The notes beneath the pieces are model-generated. The model had not been told where the DNA came from, did not search any database, and saw only the letters and a program-made list of their open reading frames with translations. From assembly GCA_973895155.1 (NCBI GenBank), contig OZ316898.1, positions 1,649,927 to 1,713,926 on the forward strand: 64,000 nt of DNA. Reading direction: 5' to 3'. This stretch comes from Marsupella aquatica. Lineage: Eukaryota > Plantae > Marchantiophyta. Positions 41,179 to 52,752 of this stretch are shown piece by piece. Each line of letters opens with the position of its first letter. Positions within the stretch are counted from its first letter, which is position 1. The position numbers were made by a program, and so were the translations under genes.

Positions 41179-42395
41179 TTTCAAGTGCTCACTGTATATA
41201 GCTACTGTCGAAGAGTTGGAGCATTCGAAAGTGGACCATAAGTGGTCCGCAAGTAAACTTGATTAAATCTCAAACCCTACTCAAGAATTACTATGATGTA
41301 GCCTCATGAACGACATTGCCACTATACCCTACTCACTTACAGTATCGAACGAATCCTTGAATTTGAAAGCTTACCAAAGTATGGATGACCCTGATCACTT
41401 ACAGTATCGAACGAATCCTTGAATTCCTTTTATTTCCCATGATTAACTGTATCGCATCAGGATCAATAGGTGATGTAGTCCTTGGGCCCCCTCAAACCTT
41501 GGGCGATCATCTTTATTGGTCAATGAACAGTTGATTTTCTTGCTACAGAGTACGGAGAGAGGGACTTATCGGCAGATTCACCACCTTCTTCGCAGTACTT
41601 GTCGGATGGGTAAAGCACCTTTCAGATAGTTTTCTACACAGCCTTTTCGGGCTCTTTGATCCAGCCAGGAACAAACCACAACGAAGACCATTAGCCCCGT
41701 GTTTCTTGGATAAGCTCCGAAAACTCGCATGAAAACTATCTGCATTCGAATTCACTGTTGGAATAGATGTAGGAATATATGTCGTCGTTCGAGAAGCAGC
41801 TTTCCTGCTACTGCTAGCATGTCTGTCCAAGTTTTGCAGCTGTTCATGTGTTTCCGACCGAATGCTGCACAGATGAGAAACTGCTCTTTCTTCTGACTGT
41901 AGAAATTTGCTGAGCTTCTTAATTTGGTTGTTTGCTAAGTTTTTTTCAGTTATCCAATTTTAAGTTAACCAATTTTGACCTGCGATTCGTGGGACAATTC
42001 TCAATGCAAGTAGAAGAGTTGTCGCTGCAATTATGAGTTAACGATCAACACTTTTAGACTCAGAGATTTGTGCTTTTCACGAGGAAATGAAAACATGGAC
42101 TTGTCATACATCTACATCACCTAACAATACTGGTGTTCCAAGTTTAAAACGTGCCTTCATAAAGTGATGTTTTTGCTTGAACAACCTTCCATATGTCATT
42201 CCCACATCTAAAGTTAATGAACACATTTAACATCAGTTTACGTAACATGTTCGCAAGCAGATGCAACCCACCGATCAAGCCACTCAAAGTGCGTTTTAAA
42301 GATCACCAGGAAGGCATTCTGAAAGAACAAAAGTACGAGATCTCAAACCCATGATAAACTCAGCGATCACAATCTTACTTCTTTGACCACTTTAT

Positions 42396-42827
42396 GGCCA
42401 TACCAACACACACCTTCGCTGGACGGATGGTCTGCAATTCACACAAAATCAAATCTCTTTTCACGAAACAATAAATTCCCAAGCAGATGGGCTGAAGTGG
42501 AAAGAAATAATTTATTCCAGTTGCACTAGCCCCATTAGACCTTTACATCGTCACTATCAACGACAATATGTATTTTGAGAGCCATGTGTCTCAAAGTATG
42601 TTCTTCGAGACAGGCCATACCAACACACTCCTTCGCTGGACGGATGGTCTGCAATTCACACAAAATCAAATCTCTTTTCACGAAACAATAAATTCCCAAG
42701 CAGATGGGCTGAAGTGGAAAGAAATAATTTATTCCAGTTGCACTAGCCCATTAGACCTTTACATCGTCACTATCAACGACAATATGTATTTTGAGAGCCA
42801 TGTGTCTCAAAGTATGTTCTTGAGACA
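42396..42827. repeat. Tandem duplication, ~217-bp unit x2, in the 3' region of the reductase gene
   Basis: GGCCATACCAACACAC...GTATGTTCTT(C)GAGACA at 42396 and 42613, near-identical. Confidence 0.92.
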
Positions 42828-42847
42828 AGGATTTTTGTGAGTACTCT

Positions 42848-45800
42848 CTATTCAATCTTGCGGATATTCTTTAGATAGCCTTTCTGCTGTAGGCTTTCCA
42901 CCGCGTCTGCGACTTGAGATTCAATAGAATGAAACTGTACGCCCAGTTTCTGCGCCTTTCTAGTGTCCGGTTTATAAGGGGCTATTTCTTGTGATGGTTC
43001 ATATGCAGGCCTAATCAAGACAACCAAATCGAATGTTAGTAGAACGAAGAATAATCCTGTCAAACAGTGACTTGGACGCTCTGGCTCGAATTGAACTCTT
43101 GTGACACCGCTATGCAAAAAATAGCTTTTCACCTTCCCTTCTTTCTTGCTTGAATATGAGCATACCAGAGTTAAATGCTAGTTTTCTATCAGCTGCTCTT
43201 GAAAATTGAGTTCCTTTTCACCTTGCCTTCTTCCGTGCATTGAATATGAGCATACCGGAGTTAAATGCTACTGTAGCTTTCTATCAGCTGATCTTGCAAA
43301 TTGAGCTACCAAACTAGATAGAGTAATTTGCTTCTGATTGACGAGCAGGGAACCAGACCGACGGTGAGCCTTTCCTGGAGTCCTGGACCAATACAAGCTA
43401 TCTTAATGAACCCTACCAAAATATAAAATGTCGCCCTCACCATCAACGAAATACCAAGGAAAGTCAAACCCCGGAGCTATGTCGAATTGAAAGACAAAAC
43501 TTTCTACCGAACTAAACCCTCATTAAAGCATCGAGTCGAGGAGAATGTACAAAAGCGAATCAAAATAAAAGAACATATCACATAGCATGCGAAGCAAGAC
43601 CCCAACGATACACAAGGATAGGATCTAGAACATACTCGGTGGTAACTGGATACGTCGGATAGAGTCTGTGTAACATCTCCACCAGTTCCCTGTAATGAAT
43701 CACACGTTCAACCAGAAAATGCCGCCCTTCTGCTTCTGGCTTTTCGTAAGCGAGGATCTGGGCTAAAGAAACATCTTTGACATCCACCACGCCCAGGACA
43801 CTATTCTCATACTTTTTGATCGCGCCTGCAAAATAAGTTTTTTTTTACGAGAGCTTTACTTCAAGCATGCAGACAGTCTAAGTACACCCGCTGGACAATA
43901 TAGTTACAATCGGGTTGAAAAAGGCCGACTTCGAGAACCTCAACAAATCTCCTATACATTAGTGTAAAATCCGTGCTGCAACTAGATGGTGAAATGAAAG
44001 ATTTATGAGCATGACACACGTCAACCTTGACTGAAGGCATGGGCAGTTTGGGAAGGGCCATGGTGACTTAGCACAAAGTCATGATCCTGTAAGCGGTCTT
44101 CATGGAGACCTTGATACACTCACCCGAGAGGTAGTTCAAGAGCAGTTCGCTGCTCGCGTTGAGCGAATGCTGCAACATGGTTCCAATTACATAAACAGGG
44201 TTCACCACTACCAAGTCGAAATGCTTATCCTTCACGTAGTCCCACGCAGCTTGTTCTGCCAGCGTTTTAGACAACGGGTACCATGCCTGTCAAGAGTAAC
44301 CATAGATGACAAAACGTTAACAACACACAATCAAAATATGAAAAAAATGCCAAGGAGGGCTATTCTACACAGCCCTATGGCATAATTCTGGACAATTCTC
44401 ACTCGTAACGGGCCCCAAGTCACAAGAGCAAAGAGCTGCTCTCATTCACCATCCACCCCAACTGGTAATCAAACTACAACATGGGTTGAGGTCAAGGGCA
44501 ACAAATGTATCGAAAAATGCTTGACTTGAAGCTGCTTCAGGAAAATACCCCTCTCTCTCTGCAGAGCTCAGGGTCACTCCACCAGCTTTCGTCTATAAGT
44601 GTGGTTGCATTACGCTCTTTCTTATTCACCAGCATAGCAGCAACCGAAGATATGAGGACTACACGTTTCACACTCTTAGCTTTGCCGGCTGCCTCAAGTA
44701 GATTCAATGTTCCCTTCAACGCTGGATCCAAAAGCTCTGCCTGGAAATGGCACACACCAATCATGAGTCATTAGTCCCATCCTTGGGTTCCCCGGTAGAA
44801 CATGCAGAATGTCTGATATAGACCTACACGAAGACAAGTTGTGATTTTCTAGTAGACTCATCAATTACAATATTGATTTCCAGGTGAAGGTGGAGATGCT
44901 GATCAAGAGAACAAATCTTTCCACCGGTACTTTGAACAAAGCTTCTGCATGTCCATGACTGAAAACTTACATATAACTTATTACACCTGCAGTGAAGTGT
45001 GGAACCAAACGTATTCAAACAGATTCCTGCTTTCCAAACTCCTTAGAATTCTTCGACCTTTCCATTGTGTTTGGAACATAATACTATCAAGAGTCGAGCA
45101 AGAAGCATTCAAGCGTAATGTTTACTTCTTTAGGCGAAACCATTCACCCCGTCACCCCGTGACGTGATGGACCTCCAAAATGTGACACTGGGGAATGAGC
45201 CAAATGTTTTACAGGCGAGATATGGGAAGCCTCCGAATTCTGCAGTGGCTTAGGAAGAATCGTTGCTTACCTGTGGGTCCTTGGCACTTGTCGCCAAGAA
45301 CGGTGATGCAGTGTGGAAGACACCGTCAACCCCGTCGACTACTTTATCAAAGGAGCCTGTTTCCAATAGTTCCGCCTTGTACAGGGTCAGCCTCTCTTTC
45401 GCCCCGGGTAGAGCGAGCAGAAAGTCAACTTTGGAAACATCATCTGTTCAACATAACCCACCACATCACTGTCAGATTAGCAACATCCACCAAAAGAAAT
45501 GAGTAAACTGTCGCTTAGATTAGGGCTTTCCACCTCTTGTCTACCGGACGCGGCAAAATATGGACTCGATCTCTTCCTTTGCCTTCGTCTTTAGAGTAAT
45601 TGGTTTCTCGGGAAATTGAGTCATGTATTCAAGAATCCTGCTTGTCAACCCACTACAGCGACACCCTGAAACCGTAAAACCATCACGGAGTAAGGACAGC
45701 TTCCCGATAATGTCCGTCTCAACGAGGGTATTGCTGGTGGTCTGGACGATGAGGACGGAGATGCGGTTACAGTGAGTTCGACGATGAGGATATTGACAGG

Positions 45801-46884
45801 ATATACAGTGGCTGTCTAGTTGAAGGCGGCTCGCTCCGCGCCTTCCCCAGCAGATTGCATATGAATAAGCACGGGTAGCTTATCTGAGAGGGAGGGCACG
45901 ATCACGGTGTGATTTCCTTCACGAGGGAACTTTGATCCCCGCTTCAGCTCCCTGTTTTTTGTAGAGAAATAACTTGCAGAGATTCCTCGCCTTACATTTT
46001 GGTGAGATCGTTTCTAATTGCTCTCGCTCTCTCTCCCCCTCTCTGTTACCATGTTCCTGTAGATGAAGGTCTTTCCTGTGCGTATCGAGAAATGTCTCTA
46101 AATATGAAAGACATCATAATGTTCAATGACTGGGCAAGACTGATCTGTGAATTTAAATTAACACAAAAGGTACTTTTAGTGAAGCTAACAAGGAGCCGAC
46201 AGTATTAACGTAAGTCACCTTCGTTAGATTCTCTTGACTCATTCATGATACGGGACCTTTCTCCAAACTGTTTTGCAAGCTGATGACGTGAAGATCATGA
46301 ATTTAGGACAATATAATGCTACAAGCCTTACCTACCTTCATGTCCACAATTCACTTGTGAAGTTAATCAGCAGTCGTCATGGGTCACTTTTTTGTGTAGA
46401 AGCACCCTGTGTGAACCTCGACTATCGAGCTCAAACGTGACGAAATTTGTGTACGCCCTTGAAAGTGTACTTATGATATCTTTATCTAGTCAACATGAAT
46501 TCTCCAAGTAATTTAAGCATCTCTAAACTAGATTGAAAGCACAATCATTAGCCCAAGGAATTTGTTGTTGGCATACTGGAGATCAGGCAGACTACTGTTG
46601 CTGGTTCTCAATTGCTCATTGACATGCCTAAGTGTATCCGGCTCGTGACTTGATAGAGCCACGTATCCAATGCTCTATCAAATCAAACATGTGTTCAAGA
46701 ATACTGCTTCGTCAACCCACTGCAAGTAAAGTTGATTGCTATTGACAACCTGCCATATGAAGAAGAGCTTACCTGGATTTCGAACAGTCCCTCTTACATT
46801 GTAACCACGTTCCAGCAAGTCCTTCACCAAGTAAGCGGCAATAAACCCGCTAGCACCCGTCACAGCCACATTCTTCCCCGCCAT
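42848..46884 (-). CDS. NAD(P)H-dependent reductase, CCR/DFR (extended SDR) superfamily; CCR-like / phenylacetaldehyde-reductase-like, ~330 aa
   Basis: Exons 46884-46773, 45443-45271, 44740-44549, 44286-44124, 43825-43636 and 43010-42848 are in frame. Motifs: VTGASGFIA Rossmann fold, [22 protein letters not shown], catalytic WYPLSK (YxxxK), VDVKDV. Confidence 0.93.
45685..46675 (+). pseudogene. Truncated copy of eIF1A (last ~38 codons plus ~0.9 kb 3' region) in intron 1 of the reductase gene
   Basis: CTTCCCGATAATGTCCGTCTCAACGAGGGTATTGCTGGTGGTCTGGACGA... aligns with 54685 onward. Collinear similarity continues through the stop region (TAG changed to TAC) and 3' sequence to ~56040, with small indels in the coding part. 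Confidence 0.9.
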
Positions 46885-47707
46885 TTTCTTCCGCTATCTC
46901 CTCACACCAATTCGCTCAATCCCTGCCCCCTGTAGCGACATCAAACCCAATTTCAAATTTACTATCAAAGCAACAACACCATGAAGCGGAGATTTCCACA
47001 TCTAGTGGGTTGGAGCTGTTAAAGCTATGTGTGAGAACAGCTGACAAAGGCTCACCTGTAAAAGACTTCAATTCTGCTCTATAGAGAATAATGCGAGCAC
47101 AGTCCTGCCAAGGATTTCTCCTATAAACCTAGTGTAGCATGCATGTAAATCACGGACCATCAGTCTTCACACCCGACTCAAAATCGAGATCTCAACTTCT
47201 CAACTTCAATATCAATCTCCTAGAGTGGATGGCGAGCGATAACCCATCACAAATCACAAACGAGCACTTGTTCAAGCCTACTGTGGATGCCCAGGGATAA
47301 GAATTGAATGCACCCAACTTCCAACAACTGACAAGTCAGCCTCGATGCAGCTGCAAACTGTAGGACGGCGATCTTTCAAACCTTGGAGACTCACAGATGT
47401 AAGAGTTGCCCTGAGCCCGAGCAGGAGGGCGCTGGACTCGAATCTCTTCTTCCCAGACTTCGATCCCGTCCTGGAGTTCTCCGATTGATAGCTTTCGATC
47501 GCCTTTATATTCAGAAGCTTTAAAAGAGGAACCCGGCCACGAAGTTGCGAGAGAATCTAATAACAAATTGCGCGATGAGTGATGTGCAGCTGGAAACCGA
47601 AGAGGGACGGGTTCTCGGGAACATACATTCCTTTCCGTCGTATCGGAGCCGTCATTCTAGGACTTATTAAGTATATATAATGTTAACCTGTGGTCAGGTG
47701 AGGGAAC

Positions 47708-47780
47708 GGGGATGTAGCTCAGATGGTAGAGCGCTCGCTTAGCATGCGAGAGGTACGGGGATCGATACCCCGCATCTCCA
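47708..47780 (+). tRNA. trnA-AGC: tRNA-Ala (anticodon AGC)
   Basis: GGGGATGTAGCTCAGATGGTAGAGCGCTCGCTTAGCATGCGAGAGGTACGGGGATCGATACCCCGCATCTCCA folds as the canonical 73-nt plant cytosolic tRNA-Ala, with G3:U70. Confidence 0.97.
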
Positions 47781-48397
47781 CTTCTTTGATATTTTACTCA
47801 TCTGCGGAATATTATTAACTCTGAACGAGTTAATAATTAGAGTATGCGTCACGTCTGCGAAGCGGTATCAGTCAGCGTGACGCCCTGACGGCTCATGGCT
47901 CAATGCAACGAAGGTGCTCTTCGAATGTGTAGGGAACCAAATCCAACAACTTCCCCTATATAAGAGCATCCGCACCGGTGCCCTGTAACCAGTGCGGAAC
48001 CTGTATAATTACCCTTTCCAGGCCAGGTGACAAAAAAGTTGCATGCATCTGAGGTCGGCATCTGTAAACCACATCCAGGCCCAGGAAAAAATACTTTTCC
48101 ATGCCTGCATATTCACCACTTTTCCCGAGCGGGAAACTTCCAGCCCGAGCCCCGGCAAATATGATCAACGTCCTGCAGCCTGCCACATGTTTGCATCTGG
48201 CACGACTTGAAATTTCCCTCCCGCACCTCTGCCAACAACAATGTGCGATGCGCTTCGAGGATTGGAGTGAAGCTATGAGTCACACTATTCACGGTTTGGA
48301 GTACTCTGATGAAGCTCATGGTCCCAAATTCACTGTGCAAAGCTTGTACGTGCAACACGCAACACCAACGCTTTGCACTTGACAAGGCTTTCTACAC

Positions 48398-49270
48398 ATG
48401 GCAGCACGAGGAAAAAATTTCAGTGGCCCCGAATTGAAGCAGTTGTGCTACAGCTACTTGGAAATATCTCAAGATCCCTGCGTTGGTTCGGGCCAAAAGA
48501 AGGACAGCTTCTGGGAGAGGATTGGAGAACACTACGACAAAAACAAACCAGGAGGCACCGAGGTGAGAACTGCAAAGTCCCTTGAATCAAAGTGGGGTGA
48601 AGTTCGAAAGGATGTTTCACGATTTATCGGATGTTTTCAAGCTATAGAAGATCTCAACATCTCTGGAACCAACTCTGAAGACACATTGGAGAAGGCAAAG
48701 GAGCTATACAAGCAGCGCCATCCCAAGGGCAAGGAGTTCGCTTTTACTGTCTGCTACTACATTCTGAAAGATTGCCCACGGTGGGCAATGCCTCAAGACG
48801 TGATGACACAAGGAAAGAAGAACGAGAAGCAGCCACCAAAGCGAAAGCACAGGGATATTGTTGTTGACCAAGGGGACAAGGAGAATGATACACCCTCACC
48901 AGATGGCACTGTTGAATCTGACGGGAGACAGAGAGAGCAATGGGACAATGGTAGTTGCACAGGATATGCCAATCAGAGACCCCTAGGAACGAAGATGGCA
49001 AAGGAAGCTGCCAAGAAAGCAAGGGCACAAGAAGATGCTCTCAAAATCTATGCACAAGCTCAAAAATTGATGGCAAAGACTAGTCGTGAGCGATTGAGAG
49101 TTATGGAGACACAGTCCTTGATGAATATGTTGATTATGCTGACAGATCATCTTACTCCAGCCAAGAGGGATTTTATGGCTTTGTGGATGGAGGATGAGAT
49201 GGCCAAAATCAGGGAGCGGATTGCTCAACGTGCTACCCCTTCGACAGCTACAGCATCCAGAACTTTCTGA
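48398..49270 (+). CDS. Harbinger Myb/SANT-like (NAM-associated-type) DNA-binding protein, 290 aa
   Basis: RGKNFSGPELKQLCYSYLEISQDPCVGSGQKKDSFWERI...RTAKSLESKW...CYYILKDCPRW and RPLGTKMAK are typical of PIF/Pong ORF1 proteins. The ORF is uninterrupted. Confidence 0.85.
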   Translation: MAARGKNFSGPELKQLCYSYLEISQDPCVGSGQKKDSFWERIGEHYDKNKPGGTEVRTAKSLESKWGEVRKDVSRFIGCFQAIEDLNISGTNSEDTLEKAKELYKQRHPKGKEFAFTVCYYILKDCPRWAMPQDVMTQGKKNEKQPPKRKHRDIVVDQGDKENDTPSPDGTVESDGRQREQWDNGSCTGYANQRPLGTKMAKEAAKKARAQEDALKIYAQAQKLMAKTSRERLRVMETQSLMNMLIMLTDHLTPAKRDFMALWMEDEMAKIRERIAQRATPSTATASRTF

Positions 49271-49865
49271 ACTCCACAGTTTGACGATGGTCTACGTTTT
49301 GAGTAATTTAATATTGCAGTATGGGCCTGCAATGAAAGGACCTTCGTGGTCAATGTACTTATCAATTTCTTTCTTCAATAAAGGCAACGGAGTATGATTG
49401 CTTCTAAGATGATGTGGGCAATTCTTTTTTTATTACTGAGTGAGCAAGATAAATCCACTGCAAGAGCTTCTTCTTTCTTAATTTGATGGCTTTCTGCATA
49501 TCCATGCCACTTTGGTAACTCTTCAACAAGCATCCAGACACTTGCACTTGCTTGAAATTTGATTTGCACCAACGATTAATTGTAAGCTTTGAATTGATCA
49601 ACTATACATTGAGACTTGACAATGCCAAAGGCAGATTTCTGAAATTTGTATACAAATTGCAAATTGCACATTTTTATTACACATTAAAGATTGCAAATTC
49701 ATCTTACAGATGGCAGATTTGGACTACAAACTGCAGGGGAATAGCCCTACTACAGATCTTTGCAATTTAGTGGAAAGTCTCACTCTATAATTCTAAGAGT
49801 TACTTGCCCATCCGTCTCACCCATTCTGCTAGTCTCACCTCGCCCTTCCTCATCCAAAGATGTTC

Positions 49866-50134
49866 AATCCCTATCATCGTAGGTACAGTTTGCTACAAAG
49901 TAATCATCCATAATCATCTGGTGCCCACGCTCTCTCCTTTGATCTTTATTGCCCCTCTTGCCAGACAACGAACCACCTCCACGTTGCCGTTTCACTGCCC
50001 TAGTTTGAAGATTTTGTATCGACGTAGGCTGCAAACAATGCCTCCTGCCAAAAACTTTCCTCTTCTTCCAATTCAGTGTTCCATACTTCCATCTGCTACC
50101 TCAAATGCTTCTTGACTATCTCCAATGGATCCAT
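49866..50134 (-). pseudogene. N-terminal remnant of PIF/Harbinger transposase
   Basis: The minus strand encodes GGGSLSGKRGNKDQRRERGHQMIMDDYFVANCTYDD, matching the typical transposase N-terminus (GGS..GR..R.R..GH..L..DYF). It has stops and a frameshift, and the DDE domain is missing. Confidence 0.7.
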
Positions 50135-50584
50135 GCCTTCCTAAATTTCACGGGAATTTCACAACACTCCACCTCGATCGTGCTCTCCAACTCCCTCTCT
50201 CCGCCCGGCTGTGAAGCTCTTGCAGCAAACGAGCTTCGTGTTTGATTTGACAACAATTGCATTTTGTCAGTCATTGTTCCCGTGGAGTCTCACAGAATCG
50301 TGGGTTCAAACTCCACCCACATCAGTTCGAACCATGGTGAACTCAAACTTTTCAGGCCCGAAAATTGCAACCGGTGCAAGTTTCATTTTGCCATTCCTGT
50401 ATACATAGGTCGCAGCCTCAATAACTACTTGGAAAAAAAGAATATGCCAGCCCGCAACCGGCAAACCGGTGCGGATGCTCTAAGGGGTATTATAAGGGGA
50501 AGTGTCCAAGACCTCCCCCTTTTTCCATATTTGAATCACTGTTATCCTCTAGCATGTTAGTTTGCTCCACAATTTCAAGAAAAA

Positions 50585-51566
50585 TCTCTTTTTAATGGTA
50601 ACTACGGGTAACCCGTAGCTTTTGAAGGGCAGTTTTGCTTTAATCGATGGTAGCGGTTGTTGGACCCCGTCCATTTAGACCTGCTTCCTCTATTTTTCCC
50701 TCGACATCCACTTATTTACTACTGGTCATCACACATCAAAATGTGCTAATACACATCAAAATGTATCCACATGCATACACTTAACTAATCACACATCAAA
50801 AGGTTTCCACATTCATACACTTAACTACCCGTAATCACACATCAAAATGTTTCCACATAGATACACTTAACTAATCACACATCAACACTTAACTACCCAT
50901 AATCACACATCAAAATGTTTCCACATACATACATTTAACTAATCACACATCAAAATGTGCTAATACACATCAGGTAATCAGACATCAAAATGTCATCAAA
51001 AGATACATCAAAATGTCATCAAAATATTTGACCTACTTTAATCACAAGTGAAAATGTGATAATATGTGATGTGCATTTATTGATTTAAAGAAAATAATGA
51101 GGTCTACCATAATTTGGTATTTTATGGTAATACACATCAAAATACACATCAAAATGTTTGCCCTGCTAGTAATCACACATCAAAATATAGTAATATGTAT
51201 GATGTGCACTTATTAATTTAAAGAAAATAACGAAGTTTATCATGGTATGGAGAAATATATTGTACATATATGTCATATTTTGATGAAAGTTTGGAGGAGG
51301 GGGAAAAATTGACGAGTGTGATGATGTACTTATGGACTCCAATCGTGCATACATAGGCAAGCATTGTTAACCTTGTTTTTACATTACGTGTAAGTAACGG
51401 GGATATTACAATCATGTACTTGTTTTTTTTTGTTTTTTTAAAGGGGGGCGCATGGGCCGTCAAAAACACGCAAGGGGGCAAAGGCCACCCAAGAAAGAAA
51501 CAACCGGGACCCCGGCACAACACCCAAAACGCACCGCCAACAAGGCAGGCCACTAGGTCCTGCTAG
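50585..51566 (+). mobile_element. Possible non-autonomous Helitron with AATCACACATCAAAATGT repeats
   Basis: A|TC 5' end at 50585; hairpin CCGCC-AACAA-GGCAGG then CTAG|T at 51563-51567; internal ~18-bp repeats at 50725-51185. Confidence 0.45.
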
Positions 51567-52629
51567 TCCACCACTCAGTATTACCATCCATCTTCCTAAA
51601 GTCCGTCTCACAATCTGGTCTTTTTTCCTTGCTATTCCAATACTTCCTATGCCTCTTGAGTCTACTCTTCGTGTGGTAAGGCATCCCATACCAAGAGCTA
51701 ATCATCGTATTCTGCATACCACTATACTCCCTATCCTCCTTATCCTCTCTAATCTGTCTTTCCTTGTTTTGATGTCTCTGCTGAATCATGTACTTGTAAG
51801 AGTATTGATATAATTATGTCCATTTATTTCTACCAAAAGCGGTGGAATGTGGTCAATTCATTCTCTCGTGTTGCTGCATACAGTAGCACTGCGACCCACC
51901 CCTGCCTACCCTACTAAGGAGCTTTGGAAACCTCCAGGGCATAGTTTCCTTAAAAGTGCCACTATCCCGGAAGCTAAACCTGGTGGATCCAGGTTACTAA
52001 AATCAACCAAAAATGGGTTTTGTCCTCCCCAACCTGGTGCACAGTGGTGGTTTAAGACTTCACAATGTTGCATACCATCTCTATAAAACTAGGAGATGTG
52101 ATTTTCCCATTAACATGGCAAGGATTTCATGTTGCATCAACATGAGCATCCAAAGTGTCAGAAAAAACTGCAATGAAGAGTCATAAAGTGTTCCAAATCC
52201 AATTTCTGGCCCGCTCTCAAATAGTTTGGGGAAAGGGCTAATCTTGCTACTATCAACTCTCTCTCTAACCATGTTTAGAATTCAGAAAGCTACATTCCTG
52301 CTCTCCCAAGGCTGACCAATCTTGGGAAGCTGAACTTTGACAATTTCACAGTATTGGGAAACCAAGTCGCTCTTGAGCACCAATAATGGTCTGGGCTACT
52401 TGTTTGTACATGTCCATCCATAGGGCGTGTCAAAGTTCTCCCATTAAGTGTTACGGTTTTATTTTTTGGATGTATTACCCTTATGGGGTAGTTATTTTGG
52501 TAGCCCATAGTGATTTGTCCTGGCCTTAACAGTGTTTTATGTCCTGAACCATAACTGAGTTACAGTTGTGCTTTGACACACCCTAATGGACCAAAGTTCT
52601 TGATTCCGTCGACTACAATTTATTTTCTG

Positions 52630-52752
52630 AAAGCAAAGGTTCTCAACTTGTCAAACAACCATTTTTCAGGGAAGATTCCCTTAGAGTTGTTGGGACCTTC
52701 TCTCTTGACTTGTGAAACAACCATTTCTCATAGAAGATTCCCTTTAGAGCTA
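52630..52752 (+). pseudogene. Decayed plant-type LRR gene fragment (two repeats)
   Basis: KVLNLSNNHFSGKIPLEL followed by a second copy, LDL*NNHFS*KIP, with stops. Confidence 0.5.

Larger units (their letters stand above)
47964..50480. mobile_element. PIF/Harbinger DNA transposon, internally deleted (2517 bp)
   Basis: Perfect 16-bp TIRs GAGCATCCGCACCGGT / ACCGGTGCGGATGCTC and 3-bp TSD TAA on both sides. Carries a Myb-like ORF and a transposase remnant. Confidence 0.93.

Noticed and set aside
42848-46884. Bona fide CCR or TKPR1 ortholog
   Set aside because: Lacks the CCR NWYCY motif (has AWYPL), and other segments look more like phenylacetaldehyde-reductase-type SDRs. Left unassigned.
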